From Octopus sinensis (lineage: Eukaryota): 15,520 bases of DNA. The notes beneath the pieces are model-generated. The model saw only the letters and a list, made by a program, of their open reading frames with translations. It ran no database searches and was not told where the DNA came from. Both the position numbers and the translations under genes were made by a program. The stretch spans positions 1-15,520 of the forward strand of contig NW_021825648.1 of NCBI RefSeq assembly GCF_006345805.1, read 5' to 3'. Shown in pieces: positions 1 to 9,195 of the stretch; position 1 is the first letter of the stretch, and every line of letters starts with the position of its first letter.

Positions 1-107
1 CCCCGTCACTTAGCGCTTCGGCAAACGAGACTGACAGAATAAGTACTGGGCTTACAAAGAATAAGTCCCGGGGTCGATGACTGAAACAAGCAAAAGAGTA
101 AAAAGAG
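1..107 (+). mobile_element. 3' fragment of SINE family A (window-truncated, internal deletion)
   Basis: Matches about 4161-4320 of the full copy and ends in a (taaaagag)-like tail. The segment containing ggcggtgctccagcatggccgc is missing. Confidence 0.85.
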
Positions 108-311
108 AAAGTAAATATTCATAATGATTCATCATAAATTTTCTCCCTCTTTGATATCCATCACTATGTTGGCATAAGTGGGATGTACTTTAGTACCCAT
201 GGCAGCATCTGATATTTGTCATATTCTTTGAATATTAAATATTTATTTTCTAATGTGAATTGAAGTCTGCCAATGCAAATGAGGAATGTTTGAAGGAGTG
301 TTGAAGGTTAA

Positions 312-486
312 GGTGACGTAAAAAGCACCCACTACACTCACGGAGTGGTTGGCGTTAGGAAGGGCATCTAGCTGTAGAAACATTGCCAGATCAGACTGGA
401 GCCTGGTGCAGCCTTCTGGCTTCCCAGACCCTGGTCGAACCTTCCAACACATGCTAGTATGGAAAACGGACGTTAAACGATGATGA

Positions 487-523
<37 letters not shown>

Positions 524-678
524 GCACCCACTACACTCACGGTGTGGTTGACGTTAGGAAGGGCATCCAGCTGTTGAAACACTGCCAGATCAGACTGGAG
601 CCTGGTGCAGTTTTCTGGCTTCCCAGACCCCGCTGGAACCGTCCAACCCATGCTAGCATGGAAAACGGACGTTAAACG
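312..678 (+). mobile_element. Two copies of short retroposon family B (RTE-type 3' end / Meta-SINE-like) separated by (TA)n
   Basis: 312-490 and 521-678 share gcacccactacactcacggagtggttggcgttaggaagggcatccagctgtagaaac...gcatggaaaacggacgttaaacg; the first ends in a (gat)n tail. The ttggcgttaggaagggcatccagctgta motif resembles the Meta-SINE central domain (from memory). Confidence 0.75.
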
Positions 679-1366
679 GACATCAAGATCTGAGAACCTA
701 CGCACCACCAACGTATGGACCTACCAAGCACTAGTGCGAACGATTCTCTTTTACACAGCGAGTCATGGCCAACGAGGGTGGAAGATATTAAGCGACTAGA
801 ATCCTTCGATCACTTCTGTATTCGCTGCATCCTTCGTGTCCAATGGCATCACTTTGTCTCCAACAATTCGGTGCGTCATCAAAGCAAAATCACCTCCCTC
901 CGACAAGTCATCCTAAAGAGATGTCTGCGTTGGCTGGGTCATGCCCTCCGTCGTCAACCAGGAGAATTCATCTACGAAGCAATTGCACCAGCTCCCCTTC
1001 AGGGTTGGCGAAAGCGATGTGGTGGACAACGAGAAACCTGGCTGATGACAGTCAAGGCTGATCTGCAACCCAACCTACGAAGCAATTGCTCCAGCTCCCC
1101 TTCAGGGTTGGCGAAAGCGATGTGGTGGACAATGAAAAACCTGGCTGATGACAGTCAAGGCTGATCTGGAACACAACCTACGAAGCAATTGCCCCAGCTC
1201 CCCTTCAGGGTTATGGTCGATGAGGGTGGAAGATATTAAGAGACTAGAATCCTTCGATCACCTCTGTCTGCGCCGCATCCTTCGTGTCCAATGGCATCAC
1301 TTTGTCTCCAAAAATGCGGTGCGACACCAGTGCAAAATCACTTCCCTCCAACAAGTCATCCCAAAG
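679..1366 (+). pseudogene. Degenerate, rearranged C-terminal fragment of an RTE-clade non-LTR retrotransposon reverse transcriptase ORF
   Basis: YQALVRTIL (605..799 frame) frameshifts into SESWPTRVEDIKRLESFDHFCIRCILRVQWHHFVSN...LRWLGHALRR...RKRCGGQRETW...VKADL (715..1164 frame). These match the RTE/BovB-like motifs Y.cEsW, R.ILr..W, LRW.GH..R and R..G.....W. No YADD core is present and there are internal duplications. Confidence 0.88.
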
Positions 1367-1367
1367 A

Positions 1368-2005
1368 GTTCATGGCTTGCAGGACGGCCTGCTGTGCTAA
1401 CCTTGGATCGCTGTTCTTGAGGAGGGCTATTGAGTCAAGTACGTTAACACCAACATCAAAATGAAAATCAAATGGAAATTGTAGTTAAGGTACCCATGCT
1501 GGTGACACATAAAAAGCACAGTCCGAACGTGGCAGATGCCAGCGCCGCCTGACTGGCGTCCGTGTCGGTGACACGTAAAAAGCACCAACCGATCGAGGCC
1601 GTTTTCCAGCCTCCTCTGGCCCCTGCGACAGTGGCACGTAAAAAGCACCCACTACACTCACGGAGTGATTGGCGTTAGGAAGGGCATCCAGCTGTAGAAA
1701 CATTGCCAGATCAGACTAGAGCCTGGTGCAGCCTCCTGGCTTCCCAGACCCCAGTGGAACCATCCAACCCATGCTAGCATGGAAAACGGACGTTAAACGA
1801 TGATGATGATATATATATATATATATATATATGTAGCACCCACTACACTCTCGGAGTGGTTGGCGTTAGGAAGGGTTTCAAGCTGTAGAAACACTGGTAG
1901 ATCAGACTGGAGCCTGGTGCAGCCTCCTGGCTTCCCAGACACTGGCCGAACCGTCCACACCATGCTAGCATGGAAAACGGACATAAACGATGATATGATG
2001 ATATA

Positions 2006-2072
<67 letters not shown>

Positions 2073-2274
2073 TATAAATATATATATATATATGTAGCAC
2101 CCACTACACTCACGGAGTGGTTGGCGTTAGGAAGGGCATCCAGCTGTAGAAACACTGCCAGATCAGACAGGAACCTGGTACAGCCTCCTGGCTTCCAGAC
2201 CCCGGTCGAACCTTCCAACCATGCTAGCATGGAAAACGGACGGAGGACGCTGATATATATTATATATATATATA

Positions 2275-2342
<68 letters not shown>

Positions 2343-2519
2343 ATATGTAGCACCCCTACACTCTCGGAGTGGTTGGCGTTAGGAAGGGCATCCAGCTGTA
2401 GAAACATTGCCAGATCAGACTGGAGCCTGGTGAGGCCTCCTAGCTTCCCAGAACCCGGTGGAACCGTCCAACCCATGCTAGCATGGAAAACGGACGTTAA
2501 ACGATGATGATGATGATGA
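1368..2519 (+). mobile_element. Family B retroposon: one long copy (about 1368-1810) plus three short tandem copies (1833-2000, 2094-2253, 2347-2519) separated by (TA)n
   Basis: The long copy has three ggtg(a/g)cacgtaaaaagcac-like subrepeats before the common ~160-bp 3' module. The short copies each start at gtagcaccc directly after a TA tract and end in a (gat)n tail, degenerate in the 2094 copy. Confidence 0.8.
2000..2093. repeat. (TA)n microsatellite
   Basis: Near-perfect TA dinucleotide run. Similar runs lie at 490-520, 1810-1832 and 2253-2346. Confidence 0.97.
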
Positions 2520-2589
2520 CATGTCAAATAATACAAACATATTTCTTGTCATGAAGAATGTTTACCATTCATTGCTTCTCATTTTGGAA

Positions 2590-3725
2590 GCACTCCGTCG
2601 GTTACGACGATGAGGATTCCGGTTGATCCGATCAACGGAACAGCCTGCTCGTGAAATTAACGTGTAAGTGGCTGAGCACTCCACAGACACGTGTACCCTT
2701 AACGTAGTTCTCGGGGATATTCAGCGTGACACAGAGAGTGACAAGGCCGGCCTTGAAATACAGCGTACAACAGAAACAGGAAGTAAGAGTGAGAGAAAGT
2801 TGTGGTGAAAGAGTACAGCAGGGATCACCACAATCCCCTGCAGGAGCACTCCGTCGGTTACGACGATGAGGGTCCCAGGTGATCCGAATCAACGGAACAC
2901 CTGCTCCTGAAATTAACGTGTAAGGGCTGAGCACTCCACAGACACGTGTACCCTTAACGTATTCTCGGGATATTCAGCGTGACACAGAGAGTGACAAGGC
3001 CGGCCTTTGAAATACAGGTACAACAGAAAAAGAAGTAAGATTGAGAGAAGTTGTGGTGAAAGAGTACAGCAGGGATCACCACAATCCCCTGCAGGAGCAC
3101 TCCGTCGGTTACGACGATGAGGGTCCCAGGTGATCCGAATCAACGGAACAGCCTGCTCCTGAAATTAACGTGTAAGTGGCTGAGCACTCCACAGACACGT
3201 GTACCCTTAACGTAGTTCTCGGGGATATTCAGCGTGACACAGAGAGTGACAAGCCGGCCCTTGAAATACAGGTACAACAACGAAACAGGAAGTAAGAGTG
3301 AGAGAATTTGTGGTGAAAGAGTACAGCAGGGATCACCACAATCCCCGCAGGAGCACTCCGTCGGTTACGACGATGAGGGTTCCGGTGATCCGAATCAACG
3401 GAACAGCCTGCTCGTGAAATTAACGTGTAAGTGGCTGAGCACTCCACAGAACACGTGTACCTTAACGTAGTTCTCGGGGATATTCAGCGTGACACAGAGA
3501 GTGACAAGGCGGCCCCTTGAAATACAGGTACAACAGAAACAGGAAGTAAGAGTGAGAGAATGTTGTGGTGAAAGAGTACAGCAGGGATAAGCACCATCCC
3601 CTGCCGGAGCCTCGTGGAGCTTTAGGTGTTTTCGCTCAATAAACACTCACAACGCCCGGTCTGGAAATCGAAACTGCGATCCTACGACTGCGAGTCCGCT
3701 GCACTAACGACTGGGTCATTGCGCC
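2590..3725 (-). mobile_element. tRNA-derived SINE family C with its 3' ~255 bp tandemly quadruplicated
   Basis: Reverse complement of the single copy at 7346-7735, with the tRNA-like head at about 3655-3725. Repeat units begin at gcactccgtcgg at 2590, 2846, 3097 and 3353. Confidence 0.88.
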
Positions 3726-3898
3726 TCCCCATGTTTACCATAGCAACTATACAAATGTATTATTTATGGAAATATATAGATTTCAGTCAAATCTAAAACA
3801 TATTTTTTAAAATGTTTAATTACAGAAACGAAATTATTGTGTTTTGAATTTTTAAGGTGAAGTGACTTTTTTCTCTATCCATTATCTGAAATACATTA

Positions 3899-4322
3899 GG
3901 CGCAGGAGTGGCTGTGTGGTAAGTAGCTTGCTAACCAACCACATGGTTCCGAGTTCAGTCCCACTGCGTGTCATCTTGGGCAAGTGTCTTCTGCTATAGC
4001 CCCGGGTCGACCAATGCCTTGTGAGTGGATTTGGTAGACGGAAACTGAAAGAAGCCTGTCGTATATATGTATATATATACATATGTATGTGTGTGTGTGT
4101 TTGTGTGTCTGTGTTTGTACCCCTAGCATTGCTTGACAACCGATGCTGGTTTGTTTACGTCCCCGTCACTTAGCGGTTCGGCAAAAAGAGACCGATACAA
4201 TAAGTACTGGGCTTACAAAAAGAATAAGTCGCGGGGTCGAGTTGCTCGACTAAAGGCGGTGCTCCAGCATGGCCGCTGTCAAATGACTGAAACAAGTAAA
4301 AGAGTAAAAGAGTAAAAGAGTA
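3899..4322 (+). mobile_element. Full-length tRNA-derived SINE family A
   Basis: Head ggcgcaggagtggctgtgtggtaag (A box-like) ... gagttcagtccc (B box-like), then a CORE-like tcttgggcaagtgtctt, a central (TA)/(TG) tract, 3' hairpin gcggtgctccagcatggccgc and a (taaaagag)n tail. Many copies occur in the window. Confidence 0.9.
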
Positions 4323-4477
4323 AGAATATTTGCATTTTAAAATAACTAATAAATATATTAGTTGTATACTGTCAATCTAACACGGACGTGACAGTAGGGG
4401 GTTACACCACCGCTGTTTAACCCTAGGAAGCATCGATGCCTCCTGATGGCTTTGACACATTTTTCCTGTGTTCTATG

Positions 4478-5965
4478 TTTTATATATAAAACTGAAGTTG
4501 TGTGTCTGTCTCCTACGATTTAGATTCCTAACTACTCCCACATTTTGCGGTGCAGTGTAACCAAAACCGGGTATCTTATAGTCGTGATTCATATCGAGCC
4601 CTTCTGGGTATTAGCGCGCGTCTACGATGAGTCTACGATTTAAAAAAAATTTACCATGAATTTTCCCCATTTTTAATGCATTTTTTTGCTATTTTTTGCT
4701 CTATAACTCTCTAAAAATGCTTATATAGTTATTCCCTTACAAACCGAGCAACGTCGGGCGATACTGCTAGTTTATATATAAAAGTAAGGTTTTGTGTCTG
4801 TCTCCTACGATTTAGATTCCTAACTAATCCCACATTTTGCGGTGCAGTTTAACCAAAAGCGGGTATCTTATAGTCGTGATTCATATCGAGCCCTTCTTGG
4901 TACTAGCGCGCGTCTACGATGAGTCAACGATTAAAAAAAAAAATTTACCATCAATTTTTCCCATTTTTAGTGCATTTTTTGGCTATAACTCTCTAAAAAT
5001 GCCTATATAGTTATTTCCCTTACAAACCCGAGCAACGTCGGGCGATACTGCTAGTTTATATATAAAAGTAAGGTTTTGTGTCTGTCTCCTACGATTTAGA
5101 TTCCTAACTACTCCCACATTTTGCGGTGTAGTTTAACCAAAACCGGGTATCTTATAGTCGTGATTCATATCGAGCCCTTCTGGGTATTAGCGTGCGTCTA
5201 CGATGAGTCTACGATTTTAAAAAAATTTACCATCAATTTTCCCCATTTTTAATGCATTTTTTTGCTATTTTTTGGCTATAACTCTCTAAAAATGCTTATA
5301 TAGTTATTTCCCTTACAAACCCGAGCAACGTCGGGCGATACTGCTAGTTTATATATAAAAGTAAGGTTTTGTGTCTGTCTCCTACGATTTAGATTCCTAA
5401 CTACTCCCACATTTTGCGGTGTAGTTTAACCAAAACCGGGTATCTTATAGTCGTGATTCATATCGAGCCCTTCTGGGTATTAGCGCGCGTCTACGATGAG
5501 TCTACGATTTAAAAAAAATTTACCATCAATATTCCCCATTTTTAATGCATTTTTTTGCTATTTTTTGGCTATAACTCTCTAAAAATGCTTATATAGTTAC
5601 TTCCCTTACAAACCCGAGCAACGTCGGGCGATACTGCTAGTTTATATATAAAAGTAAGGTTTTGTGTCTGTCTAATCCGATTTAGATTCCTAACTACTCC
5701 CACATTTTGCGGTGTAGTTTAACCAAAACCGGGTATCTTATAGTCGTGATTCATATCGAGCCCTTCTGCGTATTAGCGCGCGTCTACGATGAGTCTACGA
5801 TTTAAAAAAAATTTACCATCAATTTTTCCCATTTTTAATGCATTTTTTGCTATTTTTTGGCTATAACTCTATAAAAATGCTTATATAGTTATTTCCCTTG
5901 CAAACCCGAGCAACGCCGGACGATACTCTTATAGTCGTGATTCATATTGAGCCCTTCTGGGTATT
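4478..5965 (+). mobile_element. Head-to-tail array of ~290-bp non-autonomous Helitron-like element (family E), 5 units plus a partial unit
   Basis: Units start tttatatataaaa and end with the hairpin cccgagcaacgtcggg followed by cgatactgCTAG (CTAG ends at 4770, 5054, 5347, 5640). The fifth unit lacks CTAG and jumps into an internal segment. Confidence 0.85.
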
Positions 5966-6005
5966 ACGAAGGGGAGACAAACACCCCCGGCCGCCCGGGG
6001 CTGCA

Positions 6006-6050
6006 TCTAGGGACACGTGTTCCAGGATGATTGTCCTTCGTCGGCCTAGA
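6006..6050 (-). ncRNA. Minimal type-I hammerhead ribozyme-like motif (family D), variant core
   Basis: Minus strand reads UCUAGG CCGACGA AGGA-caauca-UCCU GGAA CACGUG UC / CCUAGA: 6-bp stem I, 4-bp stem II, palindromic stem III, GUC site. It has U4C and A13G deviations. Confidence 0.7.
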
Positions 6051-6209
6051 GTAGCAGATACCGGTCAGCTGACGATATCTGTCTCGACTCGTAATATATA
6101 TATCTAAATTTCAGTGAAGTCTATTCACTGATTATCAAAATCCGAAATACTAAATTTCTAAATCTCTCGTAGAGACATGTCCAGTGGTGGGGCAATAGAA
6201 TGGTTGTAT

Positions 6210-6301
6210 ACTTATTTCTTTATTACCCACAAGGGGCTAAACACAGAGGGGACAAACAAGGACAGACATAGGTATTAAGTCGATTACATCGACCCCAATG
6301 C
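6210..6301 (-). mobile_element. Probable 3' tail fragment of another SINE family
   Basis: Minus strand ggggtcgatgtaatcgacttaa...tttagccccttgtgggtaataaagaaataag resembles a common octopus SINE 3' end (from memory). It shares ggggtcga...tcgact with family A. Single copy in this window. Confidence 0.45.
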
Positions 6302-6302
6302 A

Positions 6303-6490
6303 TATACTGTCAATCTAACACGAACGTGACAGTAGAGGGGTACACCACCGCTGTTTTGCCCTAGGAAGCATCGACGCCTCCTGATGGCTTTGACACATTT
6401 TCCCTGAGTCCCTATATACATTCACGAAGGGGAGACAAACACCCCCGGCCGCCCGGGGCTGCATCTAGGGACACGTGTATCAGGATAATT
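6303..6490 (-). mobile_element. Second, uninterrupted but truncated copy of repeat family D
   Basis: Matches 4365-4470 joined to 5966-6030. The hammerhead is truncated within stem II (6464-6485). Confidence 0.7.
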
Positions 6491-6757
6491 TTATGTCAGA
6501 TACTTTCACTTTAACAATAAAAATAATAACAATTGAATTATATGTAGTAAGTAATAATTAAAATCAAACTAAAGTATAATATAATCGTAACATAACAAAA
6601 GTAAAAATAGCAATTGGTATAAAATTGCATCAAGGATTTGAACTTGAATAAGTGGTTTCACATGAATGGGAATATATTATAAATAAAATTAGCGTCCAGA
6701 AATGGAATAGTCCAGATGGATAATAAAAATTAAATTAAAGAAAAGACTATTGTCTAT

Positions 6758-7270
6758 AAGGTATACAATGTAGAGAGAAAAAAAGATTTGAACACATGGA
6801 GGAAAGCACCTTCGAAAAGTGTCTTGGTGCTACTATGAAAGAGGCAGTAAATTTGCCTCAATAGAAGCAAGGTTCGAGTCAACGGTGCGCGCAAGGGAGT
6901 ACTCGACTCGAACTTGCAAAGTGGAAATATTTTATTTTTACCTTTATATCTGGGACGTACGACGTCCCAGATAAAAATTAAAAATGTCCCCCACCCCAGA
7001 GGTTAAGGTAGGCTGGATTGTAGCCACACTTCTATACAAGAGGGAGGACAAGATACAATTGATCGAAATTACAAGAGACGGGCTTACAATTCCAGTCTGT
7101 TATATATTTTGAGTATTGTTATCACTAGCGATATCAAGATATAACTTTGTATTTTGTATTTTATGTGTAGGTGTATATATATAGATGTACATGTAATATG
7201 TACACATATATATACGCATATATACATGCACTAGAACTATGACCCGGCAACGACGGGTCTTTAATGCTAG
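6758..7270 (+). mobile_element. Non-autonomous Helitron-like element family F (5' boundary uncertain)
   Basis: Ends in hairpin gacccg-gcaacga-cgggtc, then tttaatg CTAG|T. Homologous to 7271-7884 and to minus-strand pieces between 10824 and 12602. Confidence 0.7.
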
Positions 7271-7884
7271 TAAAGTATACAATGTAGAGAAAAAAGAAGA
7301 GCTAACAATTCCAGTCTGTTATATATTTTGAGTATTGTTATCACTGGCGCAATGGCACAGTGGTTAGGGCAGCGGATTCGCGGTCGTAGGATCGCGGTTT
7401 CGATTCCCAGACCGGGCGTTGTGGGTGTTTATTGAGCGAAAACACCTAAAAGCTCCCCGAGGCTCCGGCAGGAGATGGTGGTGATCCCTGCTGTACTCTT
7501 TCACCACAACTTTCTCTCACTCTTACTTCCTGTTTCTGTTGTGCCTGTATTTCAAAGGGCCGGCCTTGTCACTCTCTGTGTCACGCTGAATATCCCTGAG
7601 AACTACGTTAAGGGTACACGTGTCTGTGGAGTGCTCAGCCACTTACACGTTAATTTCACGAGCAGGCTGTTCCATTGATTCGGATCAACCGGAACCCTCG
7701 TCGTCGTAACCGACGGAGTGCATCCATCCATCCCATTACTAGCGATATCAAGATATAACTTTGTATTTTGCATTTTATCTGTAGATGTATATATATATAT
7801 GTACATGTAATATGTACACATATATATACGCATATATACATGCACTAGCACTATGACCCGGCAACGACGGGTCTTTAATGCTAG
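7271..7884 (+). mobile_element. Second, internally deleted tandem copy of Helitron-like family F, interrupted by SINE C
   Basis: 7273-7345 matches about 6760-6785 joined to 7082-7126. 7741-7884 continues the match to 7127-7270, with the same hairpin and CTAG. Confidence 0.75.
7346..7735 (+). mobile_element. Full-length tRNA-derived SINE family C
   Basis: Head ggcgcaatggcacagtggttagggc (A box-like) ... gtttcgattccc (B box-like) and a (tcca)n tail. Flanked by atcact (7340-7345) and attact (7735-7740), a TSD-like pair. The empty site is visible at about 7120-7135. Confidence 0.9.
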
Positions 7885-8384
7885 TCTTTATATATAAAAG
7901 TGAAGTTGTGTGTCTGTCTCCTACGATTTAGATTCCTAACTACTCCCACATTTTGCGGTGCAGTGTAACCAAAAGCGGGTATCTTATAGTCGTGATTCAT
8001 ATCGAGCCCTTCTGGGTATTAGCGCGCGTCTATGATGAGTCTACGATTTAAAAAAAAAATTACCATCATTTTCTTCCATTTTAATGCATTTTTCGATATT
8101 ATATAAAGGAAGTAACTCTCTAAACATGTCTGCGATGAGTCAACGATTTAAAAAGAAATTTACTATCATTTTTTTCCAATTTAATGCATTTTTTTCGCTA
8201 TTATATAAGGGAAGAAACTCTCTAAAAATGTCTACGATGAGTCAACGATTTTAAAAAAAAATTACCATCATTTTTATTTCCATTTTTAATGCGTTTTTTT
8301 GCTATTTTTTGGCTATAACTCTCTAAAAATGTTTATATAGTTATTTCCCGTACAAACCCGAGCAACGCCGGGCGATACTGCTAG
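7885..8384 (+). mobile_element. Helitron-like family E, single long copy with three internal ~80-bp subrepeats
   Basis: Starts TC (tctttatatataaaag) and ends with hairpin cccgagcaacgccggg + CTAG|T. Contains a repeated gatgagtc(a/t)acgatttaaaaa...aactctctaaa module. Confidence 0.85.
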
Positions 8385-8617
8385 TATACAATAAAACTTT
8401 CCGGCTATAAATCAACTAAAGTCTTTCATCAAGAGTCTTTTCAAAATTCTTACATCAAAAGCCCATCTTGAGTGATGGATAGCTTTCATAGCGCTTCTTG
8501 CATCTAACAAATAACCACTAGAGAATCTATGGCTTTCACTTCTCAAATTCAGTGTAACTATTAAAATGGAGTTAAGAGTTCAAATCCAAGAAGTAAGCAT
8601 ATTTTTAGAGTAAACTT

Positions 8618-8958
8618 GGCGCAGGAGTGGCTGCGTGGTAAGTAGCTTGCTAACAAACCACATGGTTCTGGGTTCAGTCCCACTGCGTGGCACATTGGGC
8701 AAGTATCTTCTACTATAGCCCTGTGCCGACCAATGCCTTCTGAGTGGATTTGGTAGACGGAAACTGAAAGAAGCCCGTCGTATATATATATATAGGTGCA
8801 GGAGTGGCTGTGTGGTAAGTAGCTTTCTTACCAACCACATGGATCCGGGTTCAGTCCCACTGCGTGGCTCCTTGGACAAGTGTCTTCTGCTATAGCCCCG
8901 GGCCGACCAATGCCTTGTGAGTGGATTTGGTAGACGGAAACTGAAAGAAGCCTGTCGT
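8618..8958 (+). mobile_element. Two tandem 5' halves of SINE family A (8618-8781, 8795-8958)
   Basis: Each matches about 3899-4062 and stops at the internal TA tract. Confidence 0.88.
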
Positions 8959-8969
8959 ATATATGTATA

Positions 8970-9088
8970 TAGGAACATAAATTGTGACTAAGGTTTGGTG
9001 GAAGATTTTAATACAAAAATTATGAAAAGAAGACATTTGTACTCAGAGCCAGAGCCGGTATCAGTCGGGTTGGTAACAAAAAGGTTAA
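8970..9088. repeat. Fragment of a repeat also present at about 10512-10605; possible DNA transposon/MITE end
   Basis: Both copies read ggtggaagattttaa...gacatttgtactcaga.ccagagccggt...gttggtaac.aaa.ggttaa and diverge after ggTTAA. Confidence 0.5.
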
Positions 9089-9195
9089 ATATAACAAAGA
9101 ATTTAGTAAAATAACTTAGTTATCATTAAGCTAGTATTAGGAACATAACACATACATACATACATAGGAACATAGGAATTTCACTTTTATTTATA

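Larger units (their letters stand above)
4365..6095 (-). mobile_element. Repeat family D (hammerhead-bearing, putative Penelope-like terminal repeat) interrupted by a Helitron array; pieces at about 4365-4470 and 5966-6095
   Basis: The two pieces are contiguous in the second copy at 6303-6490. A hammerhead-like fold lies at 6006-6050. Confidence 0.6.

Noticed and set aside
1800-2507. 235-aa ORF and other YIYIYI-rich ORFs (for example 13358-13624)
   Set aside because: These are translations of (TA)n microsatellites and retroposon copies, with no protein-family signal.
2600-2665. cgatgag...gtgaaa in SINE C as a possible hammerhead
   Set aside because: No complementary stem I or stem III with a UH site could be formed.
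4478-5965. Regular arrays with palindromes, superficially CRISPR-like
   Set aside because: Whole units are repeated with no unique spacers, there are no cas genes, and the context is eukaryotic.
7346-7420. tRNA gene-like sequence (also family A heads such as 3899-3970)
   Set aside because: A/B boxes are present, but I could not fold a complete cloverleaf, and each head continues into a SINE body and tail.
8580-8978. 132-aa minus-strand ORF with internal repeat (and the related ORFs at 3882-4139 and 11880-12212)
   Set aside because: Antisense translation of SINE A heads.
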